From Ornithinibacter sp. (GTDB taxonomy: Bacteria; Actinomycetota; Actinomycetes; Actinomycetales; Dermatophilaceae), in contig JBJMHU010000061.1 of NCBI GenBank assembly GCA_045807225.1, forward strand, positions 2,185-66,184: a DNA stretch of 64,000 nucleotides, given 5' to 3'. The notes beneath the pieces are model-generated. The model had not been told where the DNA came from, ran no database searches, and saw nothing but the letters and a program-made list of their open reading frames with translations. Of this stretch, positions 32,363 through 42,830 are shown piece by piece. Position numbers and translations under genes: made by a program. How positions within the stretch are numbered: the first letter of the stretch is position 1; every line of letters begins with the position of its first letter.

Positions 32363-32863
32363 GTGCGGCTGGCACGCCAGGCGCGCGAGGCCGGGGAGCT
32401 GTGGAAGGCGCGCGACGTGCTGGCCGCGCACGTCGAGGGCAGCCAGGACCCCGAGGCGCTCGTCGAGCTGGGCGAGGTGCTCTTCGAGATGGGCGACCTC
32501 CCTCGGGCCGGGGCCGTCTGGTTCGCTGCCGGGGCCAAGGGCCCGGACGTCGACGCTGCCATCGCCGCCTGGCGCCAGCAGTCGCACGACGACTTCGCCG
32601 CGATGTGGGCCGGGCTGCCGGCATCCGCCCGCTCGCAACCGCGCCCGCGCCGCATCGAGGCCTTGCGCGAGCGAGCCCTGAACTCCGAGGCGGCGACCGT
32701 GGCAGAGGTGGCCGCCGCCGACGAGGCGGCCGGCGCCTCGCCGGACGAGGAGGACGGCGGCTTCGACTTCGCCTGGCTGATCGCCTGGGTGCTGGCCGTG
32801 GCGTTCGTGGTGTTGGCCGCGGTCGGCGCGGTCACGGCGCTCGGCTGGATCTTTCCCGGCTGA
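32363..32863 (+). CDS. Hypothetical protein with a TPR-like N-terminus and C-terminal TM helix
   Basis: Helical region LGEVLFEMGDLPRAGAVW; C-terminal hydrophobic helix; start uncertain. Confidence 0.6.
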   Translation: MRLARQAREAGELWKARDVLAAHVEGSQDPEALVELGEVLFEMGDLPRAGAVWFAAGAKGPDVDAAIAAWRQQSHDDFAAMWAGLPASARSQPRPRRIEALRERALNSEAATVAEVAAADEAAGASPDEEDGGFDFAWLIAWVLAVAFVVLAAVGAVTALGWIFPG

Positions 32864-32879
32864 CCGGCCAGCCGGTGGG

Positions 32880-33389
32880 TCAGCCGGTCGCGCGGGCGGT
32901 GAGCACCAGCGCCCACCCCAGCGTGCCGGTCGCGGCGACCGCGGTCACCGCCCGCAACAGGTTCCAGCGGGCCCAGCCGTCCTCGTCGAAGGCCGAGCGC
33001 ACTGCGGCGAGGTCGTCATCCGCCAGGGTGCCGGGCTCGCCGGCGGACTTGACGGCGTCGTTGCGCGGCAGGTGCACCCGCGCCGTCACCACCATCCCCA
33101 CCAGGTGCAGCACGAGCGCCGCCGCGACCCAGGGGGCGGCCGGCTCGCCCCAGGTGCGAGCCAGGGCCACCGCGGTGAGCACCGGTGCGCCGAGGAAGCC
33201 CGACGCCATGAACCACGGGTTCACGATGGCGCGGTCCAGCGACTGGAACCCGGCCACGAAGGTGCGGTCGTCCAGGGCCCGCAGGCCCGGCATCACCGTG
33301 TGGGCGTAGAGCACGTACACCCCCGCCAGCAGCCCGCTGGTGACCGTGGCGGCCAGCACGCCGGCGAGGGTGAGGGCGGGCCCGGTCAT
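32880..33389 (-). CDS. DUF1772/anthrone oxygenase family membrane protein
   Basis: GLLAGV...VMPGL...AIVNPWF, HLPRND and WARWNLLR motifs. Confidence 0.82.
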   Translation of the reverse strand: MTGPALTLAGVLAATVTSGLLAGVYVLYAHTVMPGLRALDDRTFVAGFQSLDRAIVNPWFMASGFLGAPVLTAVALARTWGEPAAPWVAAALVLHLVGMVVTARVHLPRNDAVKSAGEPGTLADDDLAAVRSAFDEDGWARWNLLRAVTAVAATGTLGWALVLTARATG

Positions 33390-34516
33390 TCGTCGAGGCT
33401 GGAGGTGGCGCTCGGGCCGCGAGAGTTCAGCGGGCGCCGCCACGAGGTCGACATCCGCCAGTAGAGGTAGGTGACCAGGCCGATCGGGATGGGGACCAGG
33501 AACGTCGCGATGCGGTAGAGCAGCACGGCAGCCAGCACGGCCGCCTCGTCGGAGGCGGGCAGCCCGTGGCCCAGCACGCCCACGAGCACCACCTCGGCCA
33601 CGCCCAGGCCGCCGGGGGTGGGGATGAGCAGTGACGCGAAGGTCACCAGCCCCCAGGCCACGAGGATGACGGCCCACGAGATCGTCTCCCGGTCCAGTCC
33701 CTGCATCCGCACGCAGAGGCCGAGCACCAGCACCACGGTGAGCTGGGAGACGAGCATCGTCACGGTCAGCCGCCCCCAGCAGAGGCGGAGCAGCCGCACC
33801 ATCTGGGTGCGGAACAGCGGCAGCCCCTCGGTCAGCCCGGGGTCCGGGATGCGGGTGACGCGGCGGCGAAGGGAGCCCACCAACCGGTCGCACCGGGCGC
33901 CCAGCCGGCGCGCGAAGCGCTCGCTGCGCAGGATGAGCGTGAGCAGCACGATCGCCAGCGCCACCAGGGCGGTGAGCCCGAGGGCCACCCACACCACCCA
34001 CGGCGGGCCCCAGCCCTGCAGCACCACGGCGACCAGGCCCATCGCCAGCAGCGCGTACTTCATCAGCTGCGACCAGGTGCCGGTGACCAGCACCTCCGAG
34101 GTGGTGTCACCCAGGGTGAAGCCCCACGAGCGCAGCATGGCGTAGTTCAGGCCCGTCGCGACCGCGCCGCCCTCGGGCACGGTGTTCGACAGGGCCGCAC
34201 CAGCGGTGTTCGTGACCCCGGCCTCGCGGACCTTCAGCCCGGGCAGGGCGACGATGATCGGCGGCCAGTTGGTGGCGAGGTTGACCAGGCCGAGCACGAT
34301 CGAGGCGACCAGCATCGGTGCCGTGATGAGGGCGATGGCCGTGGTCAGGTCGTCGGTCTGCAGGTTGGTCAGCAGGTACCAGACCGCGAGCGCGACCACG
34401 CCGTAGCTGAGGAAACCGGAGAAGATCCGGCGGCCGACCGAGCGTGGCCGGTCATCGGGCAGTGCGGTGTCGCCGAGCGGGCCGCCCGGCTCGGTCGTCC
34501 CAACGCTCTCGGTCAC
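33386..34516 (-). CDS. Lysylphosphatidylglycerol synthase TM / flippase-like protein
   Basis: NTVPEGG, PTPGGLGVAE and AAVLLYR motifs. Confidence 0.82.
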   Translation of the reverse strand: MTESVGTTEPGGPLGDTALPDDRPRSVGRRIFSGFLSYGVVALAVWYLLTNLQTDDLTTAIALITAPMLVASIVLGLVNLATNWPPIIVALPGLKVREAGVTNTAGAALSNTVPEGGAVATGLNYAMLRSWGFTLGDTTSEVLVTGTWSQLMKYALLAMGLVAVVLQGWGPPWVVWVALGLTALVALAIVLLTLILRSERFARRLGARCDRLVGSLRRRVTRIPDPGLTEGLPLFRTQMVRLLRLCWGRLTVTMLVSQLTVVLVLGLCVRMQGLDRETISWAVILVAWGLVTFASLLIPTPGGLGVAEVVLVGVLGHGLPASDEAAVLAAVLLYRIATFLVPIPIGLVTYLYWRMSTSWRRPLNSRGPSATSSLDE

Positions 34517-34545
34517 GCCGCGAGCCTAGGCCCAGGCGGCCGCCC

Positions 34546-35844
34546 TCAGTAGCAGCCGGTGACCGTGGCGGCCAGCATGTCGACGTTCTGCTTCAGGGTC
34601 GTGGACGACGTCCTGCCGTTGACGATGAACGCGAAGACCTTGACCCGGCCGTCGGCACCGGTCGCCCAGCCGGCGAGTGACACGACGTCGTTCAGCGTGC
34701 CGGTCTTGGCGAACACGCGCCCGACGGCGCACCTCGACGCGGCCGTGCTGAAGCGGCTCGCGAGCGTGCCGGTGCGCCCCGCGCTCGGCAGCCCGGCCTT
34801 CAGCGGCCACAGCGTGGCCTGGGTGCCGGCGTCGATGCCGCGGTCGAGGATCTGCGTCAGCTGGAGGGTCGTGATCCGGTCGGCGCGGGACAGCCCCGAC
34901 CCGTCGTACAGCGGCCCGCTCGTCAGCTTCTGCGCCGCCAGCTGCTGGGCCTGGGCCGTGCGTGCACCGGTCCAGGAGGCGCCCTGGCCCAGCTGCCTCC
35001 CCACCAGCTTGTGCAGCGCCTCGGCCACCTCGTTGTCGCTGTGCAGCAGCATCGACGCCACCATCGACGCCAGCGTCGAGCCCGTGCTGCTCGCGATGAT
35101 CGCCGCGCCCGTGACGGCGTTCGCCCGGCCTGAGTAGACCGCTCCCGTCACCCCGTGGGCCTTGAGCCGGTCGCGGAAGTAGCGCCCGGCATCCGCGCTG
35201 GTGTCGGGGGTGTTGCGCTGGTCGCGCACCAGGCCGCGCACCGGGGCGATCGAGTCCGGAACGTAGCTTGCCTTCCACCCGTAGGCCAGCGTCGGAGTGG
35301 GGAAGACGTCGTCGTCGACGTACACCTTGGCGGCGGTGACCTTCCTCGCCAGGAGCCGGACGGCGGTCGTTGCGGCCATGGCCTCGAGGCCGGTGCTCTT
35401 CAGGCTCGGGTCACCGGCACCGACCAGGATGACGCGGTCGGCGGACGAGCCGGATCGCACGCGGGTGGTCCAGCGCTTGCCGGGGCCGAAGACGGTGAGC
35501 GCGTTGGTGGCGGTCACCAGCTTGTTGGTGGAGGCCGGCATCCGGTAGCTGGTGCTGTTCCTGCCCCACACGGTGGTGTTGGACGCGGCGTCGAGGACGG
35601 TGCCGCTGAACACCGTGCCGAAGCGCGCGGTCGTCGCGCGGGAGGTGAGGGCGGACCGCATCCGTACGTCGGCGGGCGACGCCGTGTATGCCGCCAGTGC
35701 GGCGGCGCTCGCCCTCGCGGGCGCGTCTGCCGCTGGGGTGCGCACACCGGCGGATGCCGTCGACGCGCCCGCCAGGAGCAGGGCACCGGCGGCGATGGCG
35801 CCGAGCGTGGTTCGGGTGGTGCGGGCAGTGGGTGACGGTCGCAT
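34546..35844 (-). CDS. dacB: D-Ala-D-Ala carboxypeptidase/endopeptidase (peptidase S13)
   Basis: Signal peptide; PASTNK (SxxK), SDN, DGSGLS and AKTGTL motifs. Confidence 0.88.
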   Translation of the reverse strand: MRPSPTARTTRTTLGAIAAGALLLAGASTASAGVRTPAADAPARASAAALAAYTASPADVRMRSALTSRATTARFGTVFSGTVLDAASNTTVWGRNSTSYRMPASTNKLVTATNALTVFGPGKRWTTRVRSGSSADRVILVGAGDPSLKSTGLEAMAATTAVRLLARKVTAAKVYVDDDVFPTPTLAYGWKASYVPDSIAPVRGLVRDQRNTPDTSADAGRYFRDRLKAHGVTGAVYSGRANAVTGAAIIASSTGSTLASMVASMLLHSDNEVAEALHKLVGRQLGQGASWTGARTAQAQQLAAQKLTSGPLYDGSGLSRADRITTLQLTQILDRGIDAGTQATLWPLKAGLPSAGRTGTLASRFSTAASRCAVGRVFAKTGTLNDVVSLAGWATGADGRVKVFAFIVNGRTSSTTLKQNVDMLAATVTGCY

Positions 35845-36002
35845 CGGGGGCCCCTCGTCGTGGTCTGGTGACGTGGCCGGAGCCCCTGCTCAGCCGTCGT
35901 CCAGCCTAGGAGCGTTCGGCGGGAGGCGCCTCCCGAGCGGGGAGGGTGGTGCACGGACGCTGCAGGGGAGCTGCACCAGCGCAGGAGCTGCATGGGGATG
36001 GA

Positions 36003-36076
36003 TGGAGCCGGTGACGGGAATCGAACCCGCGTGTCCAGCTTGGGAAGCTGGCGCTCTACCATTGAGCTACACCGGC
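36003..36076 (-). tRNA. tRNA-Gly(CCC)
   Basis: GCCGGTGTAGCTCAATGGTAGAGCGCCAGCTTCCCAAGCTGGACACGCGGGTTCGATTCCCGTCACCGGCTCCA folds as a cloverleaf with encoded CCA. Confidence 0.96.
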
Positions 36077-36194
36077 GTGCCGGGTCGCGGCCGACCAGCG
36101 ACCTCCCCGGCGCCGGGAAGTCTAACCCAACCCCGAGCGCGCTCCGGAGGCCGCCTCCCCGGTGCCGACGGCCCCCTACCGGTAGCCTGACGCC

Positions 36195-36770
36195 GTGCTG
36201 CTCTCCGACCGCGACATCAGGGCCGAGATCGAGTCCGGACGGGTCAGGATCGACCCCTGGGACCCGGACATGGTGCAGCCGAGCAGCGTCGACGTGCGCC
36301 TCGACAAGTTCTTCCGGCTGTTCGACAACCACAAGTATCCGGTGATCGACCCGTCGCAGGACCAGGCCGACCTCACCCGCCTGGTCGAGGTGGACCCTAC
36401 CGAGGGATTCGTGCTGCACCCGGGCGAGTTCGTGCTCGGCAGCACCCTCGAGACGGTTGCACTGCCGGACGACCTCGCGGCCCGCGTCGAGGGCAAGAGC
36501 AGCCTGGGCCGCCTCGGCCTGCTCACCCACGCGACCGCCGGTTTCGTCGACCCGGGCTTCAACGGCCACGTCACCCTCGAGCTGTCCAACGTCGCGACCC
36601 TGCCGATCATGCTCTGGCCCGGGATGAAGATCGGCCAGCTGGCGTTCTTCCGCCTCTCCTCCTCGGCCGAGAACCCGTACGGCTCGGAGCGGCACGGCTC
36701 TCACTACCAGGGCCAGCGCGGCCCGACCGCCAGCCGCAGCTTCCAGAACTTCCACCGCGCCGACGTCTGA
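36195..36770 (+). CDS. dcd: dCTP deaminase
   Basis: [26 protein letters not shown] and AGFVDPGF motifs. Confidence 0.95.
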   Translation: MLLSDRDIRAEIESGRVRIDPWDPDMVQPSSVDVRLDKFFRLFDNHKYPVIDPSQDQADLTRLVEVDPTEGFVLHPGEFVLGSTLETVALPDDLAARVEGKSSLGRLGLLTHATAGFVDPGFNGHVTLELSNVATLPIMLWPGMKIGQLAFFRLSSSAENPYGSERHGSHYQGQRGPTASRSFQNFHRADV

Positions 36771-36892
36771 CCGGCGACGCCCCGGGCCGTCCTCGAACCC
36801 CCGCAGGAGTCCTCGCCGGGAGGCAATCCGGCGGCCCCGTATGCACCGAACCCCTCGGCGACGGAGGATAGTGGACAGCGGGAGGGGAACCC

Positions 36893-37654
36893 ATGACCAG
36901 GCGGCACTCCAGCGTGACGCAGGCAGAGCACGACGACGACGACGACGGCCACGCGATGGGTCGGCAGCACCACGGCCGGGACGCCGACGCCCACGACACC
37001 GCGGCTGCTCTGCTGGCGCCCGAGGGCGGAGCCGGGGCCGAGCTGCGCGGCCACGTGCCGGCGCACCCCGACGGGGTCGTGCTCGTGCTGCACGGTGGTG
37101 CCGCGGCCAGCCGTGCGCCCATCACCTGGCGGTGCCTCGCGGTGTTGCGGATGGTGCCGTTCGCGACGGCCATCCATCGCCGGTCCGGCGACCGGCTGGC
37201 CGTGGTGCGCCTGAAGAACCGGGTGCGCGGCTGGAACGGCACCCGCCAGGACCCCCTGCAGGACGCCCGCTGGGCCCTCGACCGCATCCGGCACGTGTTG
37301 CCGCGCCGGCCCGTGGTGCTCGTCGGGCACTCGATGGGGGGCCGGGTGGCGCTGCAGCTCAGTGGTGAGCCCGACGTCGTCGGCGTCGCCGCGCTCGCTC
37401 CGTGGGTCGAGTTCGACACCCGCCAACCGCCGCCGGGTGTCTCGGTGCTCCTCGCCCACGGCTCGAACGACCGCGTGACCGACCCGCGGCGCACCGACGT
37501 GCTCGCCAAGCGCTACACGCGCGACGGGGTCGACCTGCGCTACGTCGAGGTCGAGGGAGGCATCCACTCCATGCTGCGCTACCCCCGCATCTGGCACGAG
37601 GCGGTCGCGGACTTCGTCACCGACGTGTTGTCCGGCCCAGCCCGAACCAGCTGA
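36893..37654 (+). CDS. Alpha/beta hydrolase
   Basis: LVLHGG, GHSMGG nucleophile elbow, HGSNDRVT, distal His (GIHS). Confidence 0.82.
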   Translation: MTRRHSSVTQAEHDDDDDGHAMGRQHHGRDADAHDTAAALLAPEGGAGAELRGHVPAHPDGVVLVLHGGAAASRAPITWRCLAVLRMVPFATAIHRRSGDRLAVVRLKNRVRGWNGTRQDPLQDARWALDRIRHVLPRRPVVLVGHSMGGRVALQLSGEPDVVGVAALAPWVEFDTRQPPPGVSVLLAHGSNDRVTDPRRTDVLAKRYTRDGVDLRYVEVEGGIHSMLRYPRIWHEAVADFVTDVLSGPARTS

Positions 37655-39005
37655 CCACCCCACCGGCGGTGAGCAGACCGGCGCACCACAGCATCGCCGC
37701 GCGGTAGCCGTCGGTCATCGCGTCGAGGTCGAGGTAGTCGTCACCCGACAACCCGACGAGGGCGGGCAGGGCGGCCACCGCCAGCAGCGACCCGGCGCGG
37801 GCCACGGCGTTGTTCACCCCGCTCGCCACCCCGGCGAACCGGTCGGGGGCCGCCGCCAGCACGGATGCCGTCAGCGGCGAGACGAGCAGGGCGAGACCGA
37901 GCGCGAAGACGGTCATACCGGGCAGCACCGACCACCAGGTGGCGCCTTCGCCGATGCCGAGCAGCAGCAGCACGCCGGCTGCACAGACCAGCGGGCCGAC
38001 CGTCATCGGCAGCCGTGGCCCGATCCGGGCCGACAGCGAGGCGGCACGTGATGACAACAACAACAACGAGAGCGTCACCGGCATCCCCGACAAACCGGCC
38101 TGCAACGCGGTCCATCCCACCGCCTGCAGCTGGAGCACCGTGAAGAGCGACACGCCGCCGAGCGCCCCGTAGACCAGGAGGGTCATCGCGTTGGCGGCGG
38201 AGAAGATGCGAGAACGGAACAGCCGCAACGGAACCAGCGGGGCTGCGGTGCGCTCCTCCACGACCACGAACGCCACCCCGGCGCCGACGGACACCACCCA
38301 CGCCGCGATGACGACGGCCCCACCGCTGTCACCCGAGGCCGTCAGGGCGTAGGTCGCGGCCCCGAGGGCGACCACCGTCAGCGTGGCGCCGAGGGCGTCG
38401 AAGCGGCCCTGGATGCCGGTGTCGCGGCTCTCGGGAGCGGCCCGCCAGGTCAGCGCGACGACCGCCACGCACAGCGGCACGTTGATGGCGAAGATCCAGC
38501 GCCACGAGGCGTTGTCGACCAGCCAGCCACCGAGCAGCGGACCGATGGCGGCCGCGACGCCGGACAACCCGGCCCAGGTGCCGATGGCAGGGGCCCGGTC
38601 CTCCGGGCGGAACGAGGACTGGATGAGGGAGAGCGCGCCGGGCGTCAGCAGGGCGGCGCCCACCCCCTGCAGCACTCGCAGGGCGATGAGCTGGCCGGGG
38701 CTCTGGGCCGCGGCGCACAGGGCCGACGCCACGAGGAACCAGCCGACCCCGATGAGGTAGACCCGCCGCCGCCCGAAGCGGTCGCCCAGCGCTCCGCCGA
38801 CGAGCACCAGCGAGGCCAGCGCCAGCAGGTAGCCGTTGACCACCCACTGCAGCTGGGCGAGCGAGGCACCCAGGTCGCGCCCGATGGTGCGCAGTGCGAC
38901 GTTGACGACCGAGCCGTCGAGGATGGCGACGCCCGACCCGAGGATGACGCCGGTCAGCATCATCCGGCCACGGGTGGAGCGCCGGTCGAGGCCGGGCTCG
39001 CTCAC
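37617..39005 (-). CDS. DHA2 family MFS transporter
   Basis: LDGSVVNVAL, GALGDRFGRRR and WRWIFAINVP motifs; start at GTG 39005 is inferred. Confidence 0.85.
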   Translation of the reverse strand: MSEPGLDRRSTRGRMMLTGVILGSGVAILDGSVVNVALRTIGRDLGASLAQLQWVVNGYLLALASLVLVGGALGDRFGRRRVYLIGVGWFLVASALCAAAQSPGQLIALRVLQGVGAALLTPGALSLIQSSFRPEDRAPAIGTWAGLSGVAAAIGPLLGGWLVDNASWRWIFAINVPLCVAVVALTWRAAPESRDTGIQGRFDALGATLTVVALGAATYALTASGDSGGAVVIAAWVVSVGAGVAFVVVEERTAAPLVPLRLFRSRIFSAANAMTLLVYGALGGVSLFTVLQLQAVGWTALQAGLSGMPVTLSLLLLSSRAASLSARIGPRLPMTVGPLVCAAGVLLLLGIGEGATWWSVLPGMTVFALGLALLVSPLTASVLAAAPDRFAGVASGVNNAVARAGSLLAVAALPALVGLSGDDYLDLDAMTDGYRAAMLWCAGLLTAGGVVSWFGLGRTTRR

Positions 39006-39196
39006 CGGCGCGCCCGGTCGGGCCGGTGGCCGGCGGCGCACGAGTCCATGCCGTATGGGTACCACGCGGTTGGCCGCCACCCCTCGGCGCGTGCCCGGCC
39101 ACTTGGACCACCGGGCGACAGGGTGCGCAGGGCTGCCGGTGTGGGTGTGAGCCGATAGGTTGTGAGGCGATGTCACCGACCTCGTGAGGGGCCCCG

Positions 39197-40342
39197 ATGA
39201 TCCGCTTCGATGCCGTGACCAAGCAGTTCCCCGACGGGACCGTCGCGGTCGACGAGCTCACGCTCACCGCGCCCACCGGCAAGATCACCGTGCTCGTCGG
39301 CCCTTCCGGCTGCGGCAAGACCACGAGCCTGCGCATGGTCAACCGGATGATCGAGCCCACCGGGGGTGCCATCACCCTCGACGGCCAGGACACCGGCCGC
39401 ATGCACGAGGCCGAGCTGCGGCGCGGCATGGGCTACGTCATCCAGCACGCCGGGCTGTTCCCGCATCGCACCGTGCTCGACAACATCGGCACGGTGCCGC
39501 GCCTGCTCGGCTGGGACAGGAAGCGGATCGCCGACCGCTCCCGCGAGCTGCTCGAGCGGGTCGGTCTGGCCCCCGAGCTCGGCGAGCGCTACCCCGCGCA
39601 GCTCTCCGGCGGCCAGCAGCAGCGAGTCGGCGTCGCCCGGGCGCTCGCGGCCGACCCGCCGGTGATGCTGATGGACGAGCCGTTCTCGGCCGTCGACCCG
39701 GTGGTGCGCGAGCAGCTGCAGGACGAGTTCCTGCGCCTGCAGGGCGAGCTCGGCAAGACCATCGTGTTCGTCACCCACGACATCGACGAGGCGATCAAGC
39801 TCGGCGACCAGGTGGCCGTGCTGCGCGTCGGCGGCCGGCTCGCCCAGGTCGCCGAGCCCGCATACCTGCTCGCCCACCCGGCCGACGACTTCGTCGCCGA
39901 CTTCGTCGGCCGTGACCGTGGCTACCGCGCGCTGCAGTTCCAGGCCGCGCCGCAGCTGCCGCTGCACTCCGAGCCGACCGTGCTGCTCGGAGAGCGGCCC
40001 GGGCGCACGCATGCCGGGTGGCTCCTCGTGGTCGACGACGACCGGCATCCGCTGGGCTGGGTGGAACCGACCCGCATCGGGGACCGGGCGGTGACCGAGG
40101 ACGACCTGCACCGTGGCGGCACGGTGGCTCGCGAACACGGTTCCCTGCGTTCGGCGTTGGATGCCGCGCTGTCGTCTCCCAGCCGGCGCGGCGTCATCGT
40201 CGACGACGCCGGGTCGCTGTGCGGCACCGTGCAGGCCCACGAGGTGCTCACGGCCATCGAGCAGACCGACCGGCCACAACGCGACGAGTCCGACCCGGTG
40301 CACGGCGGCGCGGCATCCGTGGGGGAGGAGGTCGCCTCGTGA
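39197..40342 (+). CDS. Osmoprotectant ABC transporter ATP-binding subunit
   Basis: GPSGCGKTT, LSGGQQQR, MDEPF and FVTHD motifs. Confidence 0.9.
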   Translation: MIRFDAVTKQFPDGTVAVDELTLTAPTGKITVLVGPSGCGKTTSLRMVNRMIEPTGGAITLDGQDTGRMHEAELRRGMGYVIQHAGLFPHRTVLDNIGTVPRLLGWDRKRIADRSRELLERVGLAPELGERYPAQLSGGQQQRVGVARALAADPPVMLMDEPFSAVDPVVREQLQDEFLRLQGELGKTIVFVTHDIDEAIKLGDQVAVLRVGGRLAQVAEPAYLLAHPADDFVADFVGRDRGYRALQFQAAPQLPLHSEPTVLLGERPGRTHAGWLLVVDDDRHPLGWVEPTRIGDRAVTEDDLHRGGTVAREHGSLRSALDAALSSPSRRGVIVDDAGSLCGTVQAHEVLTAIEQTDRPQRDESDPVHGGAASVGEEVAS

Positions 40343-40986
40343 GCTGGCTGGCCGACAACTGGGACACCGTGCTCACGCTCACGTGGCGCAGCCTCTACCT
40401 CGCGGGCATCCCACTGGTCCTCGGGTTCGTGCTGTCCATCCCGCTGGGCTGGGCCGCGAGCCGGTGGTCGCGCGCCTACCCGGCCATCATCACGACCACC
40501 GGGCTGCTCTACACCATCCCGTCGCTGGCCCTGTTCGTCATCATGCCCGTGGTGCTGGGCACCAAGATCCTCGACCCGGTCAACGTCATCGTCGCGATGA
40601 CGATCTACACCGTCGCGCTGCTGGCCCGCACCGTCGCCGACGGGCTCAACTCGGTGCCCGACGACATCGCGCAGGCGGCCACCGCGATGGGTTACAAGGG
40701 CGTGCGCCGGCTGTTCGGTGTCGAGCTGCCCCTCGCGGCACCGGTCGTCGCCGCGGGGTTGCGGGTGGCGGCGGTGAGCAACGTCAGCATCGTCAGCGTC
40801 GCCACGCTCATCGGCGTCAGCCAGCTCGGTGACCTGCTCGTCGACGGCTTCAACCGCGTCATCTGGGGTGAGCTGCTCAGCGGCATCGTGGCGTGCGTGC
40901 TGCTGGCGCTCGCCTTCGACGCCGTCATCGTGCTGGGCACGCGCGCGGTCACACCCTGGCTGCGAGTGCAGGGGGCACGGGCATGA
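40339..40986 (+). CDS. Osmoprotectant ABC transporter permease
   Basis: GTGA coupling; YTIPSLAL; EAA-like loop AATAMG...VELPLA. Confidence 0.88.
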   Translation: MSWLADNWDTVLTLTWRSLYLAGIPLVLGFVLSIPLGWAASRWSRAYPAIITTTGLLYTIPSLALFVIMPVVLGTKILDPVNVIVAMTIYTVALLARTVADGLNSVPDDIAQAATAMGYKGVRRLFGVELPLAAPVVAAGLRVAAVSNVSIVSVATLIGVSQLGDLLVDGFNRVIWGELLSGIVACVLLALAFDAVIVLGTRAVTPWLRVQGARA

Positions 40987-41750
40987 TCCCCTCGATCTGG
41001 GCGTGGTTCACCGACCCGGCCAACTGGCAGGGCGAGGACGGCATCCCCAACCGCACCCTGCAGCACCTCGAGTACACCGCGATGGCGGTGCTGCTCGCGT
41101 CCGTCATCGCAATACCGTTGGGGCTGTGGGTGGGCCACACCGGCCGGGCCCGCTGGCTGGTCTCGCTGGCCAACTCGGTGCGGGCCGTGCCGACCCTGGG
41201 TCTGCTCCTGGCTGCCACCCTCTGGCTGGGGGCGATGATCCAGAGCGACCTCGCGTTCACCCTCCCGAGCATCCTGGTGCTCGCGCTGCTGGCCATCCCG
41301 CCGATCCTCGCCGGCACCTACGCCGGCATCGAGGCGGTGCCGCCGGCGGCGCGCGACGCCGCCAAGGGTGTGGGCATGACGTCGGGGCAGGTGCTGCGGC
41401 AGGTCGAGCTGCCGGTCGGGTTGCCGCTGCTGCTGTCGGGGCTGCGCTCCGCGGTGCTGCAGGTGGTGGCGACCGCCACGGTGGCCGCCTACGTCGGGCT
41501 GGGCGGCCTGGGCCGCTACCTCATCGACGGCCTGGCCCTGGGCAACTACCCGGCCACTGCGGGCGGGGCCATCCTCGTGGCGGTGCTGGCCGTCGCGCTC
41601 GACGGTCTCTTCGCCCTGCTGCAGCGCCGGGTCGTCTCACCCGGGCTGACCGGCCGCCGTGTCGGTGGTCGAGGGAAGGATTCGCGCAGCCTCGCGGTTG
41701 AGGCCGACAGGCCACCGGCCGATGTCCGCACGCCCGCTGCACCTGCCTGA
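40983..41750 (+). CDS. Osmoprotectant ABC transporter permease
   Basis: ATGA coupling; RAVPT, DAAKGVGM...QVELP and GLGGLG motifs. Confidence 0.88.
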   Translation: MIPSIWAWFTDPANWQGEDGIPNRTLQHLEYTAMAVLLASVIAIPLGLWVGHTGRARWLVSLANSVRAVPTLGLLLAATLWLGAMIQSDLAFTLPSILVLALLAIPPILAGTYAGIEAVPPAARDAAKGVGMTSGQVLRQVELPVGLPLLLSGLRSAVLQVVATATVAAYVGLGGLGRYLIDGLALGNYPATAGGAILVAVLAVALDGLFALLQRRVVSPGLTGRRVGGRGKDSRSLAVEADRPPADVRTPAAPA

Positions 41751-41829
41751 CCAGTTCCACCCGCTCCGCCGCACTGACCGTTCCGCCCGAATGCCAGACC
41801 GACCACAGCACCACGAAGGGACCACTCCG

Positions 41830-42753
41830 ATGAAGCGCATGACCTCCGCGGTGGCACTGATCGCCGCCTCGCTCCTCGGGCTCACCGCGTGCGGCAGCTC
41901 CGACGACCCGCTCGCGTCCTCGTCCCCGACCGGCTCGGCCTCGGCCAGCGGCGGCTCCGGCGGCCCGATCGTCGTGGGCGGTGCCAACTTCTCCGAGTCC
42001 ACGCTGCTCGCGGAGATCTACGCCGGTGCACTCAAGGCCAAGGGCATCGACGCCACGACCAAGCCCAACATCGGCTCGCGCGAGATCTACCTGCGCGCCC
42101 TCGAGGACAACTCGGTTCAGGTGTTCCCCGAGTACACCGGCGCGCTGGCGTTCAACTACGACAAGTCGTACACCGGCACCGACCCCGACGAGGTCTACGC
42201 CAAGGTGCAGCAGGTGCTGCCCAAGACATTGACGGTGCTCGACAAGTCGACCGCCGAGGACAACGACTCGATCGTCGTCACCAAGGAGACGGCCGACAAG
42301 TACAAGCTGAAGACGATCGCCGACCTCAAGGCCGTCTCCAACGACCTGACCCTCACCGCCCCGCCGGAGTTCAAGGGCCGCCCGCAGGGCATCCCCGGTC
42401 TCGAGAAGACCTACGGCGTGACGTTCAAGTCGTTCCGGCCGCTCACCGGCCAGGGCATCGTTCAGGCCCTCAAGAACGGCCAGGCCGACGCAGCCAACAT
42501 CTTCACCACCGACCCCGCCATCGCGGCCAACGGCTTCGTGACCCTCGAGGACACCAAGAAGCTGTTCGGGTCGCAGAACATCGTCCCGCTGGTGCGCGCC
42601 GACCGGGCCGAGGACGTCAAGGTGGCTCTGAACGCCGTGTCGGCCAAGCTCACGACCGAGGCCATCTCCGACATGCTCAAGCAGACCGACATCGACAAGA
42701 AGGACCCCAAGGCCGTCGCCCAGGAGTTCCTCACCGCCAACGGCCTGGGCTGA
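41830..42753 (+). CDS. Osmoprotectant ABC substrate-binding lipoprotein (OpuAC family)
   Basis: Lipobox LTAC; GGANFSES, PEYTG and QNIVP motifs. Confidence 0.88.
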   Translation: MKRMTSAVALIAASLLGLTACGSSDDPLASSSPTGSASASGGSGGPIVVGGANFSESTLLAEIYAGALKAKGIDATTKPNIGSREIYLRALEDNSVQVFPEYTGALAFNYDKSYTGTDPDEVYAKVQQVLPKTLTVLDKSTAEDNDSIVVTKETADKYKLKTIADLKAVSNDLTLTAPPEFKGRPQGIPGLEKTYGVTFKSFRPLTGQGIVQALKNGQADAANIFTTDPAIAANGFVTLEDTKKLFGSQNIVPLVRADRAEDVKVALNAVSAKLTTEAISDMLKQTDIDKKDPKAVAQEFLTANGLG

Positions 42754-42770
42754 CCCCAGCCCCGCCGCCG

Positions 42771-42815
42771 ACGACAGCGCCCGGCCCCCGACCTGGGGCC
42801 GCCAGGCGCTGTCGT
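42771..42815. terminator. Hairpin after the ABC operon
   Basis: ACGACAGCGCC...GGCGCTGTCGT with an inner GGCCCC/GGGGCC stem. Confidence 0.6.
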
Positions 42816-42830
42816 CTGTCCATCGCCTCC

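Noticed and set aside
35845-36194. Integrative element at tRNA-Gly
   Set aside because: No integrase and no duplicated tRNA 3' end seen; flanked by housekeeping dacB and dcd
38040-38230. Patch of unusual codons (TTG run) in the MFS gene suggesting a frameshift or insertion
   Set aside because: The frame stays open and encodes normal TM helices; at most a local recombination patch
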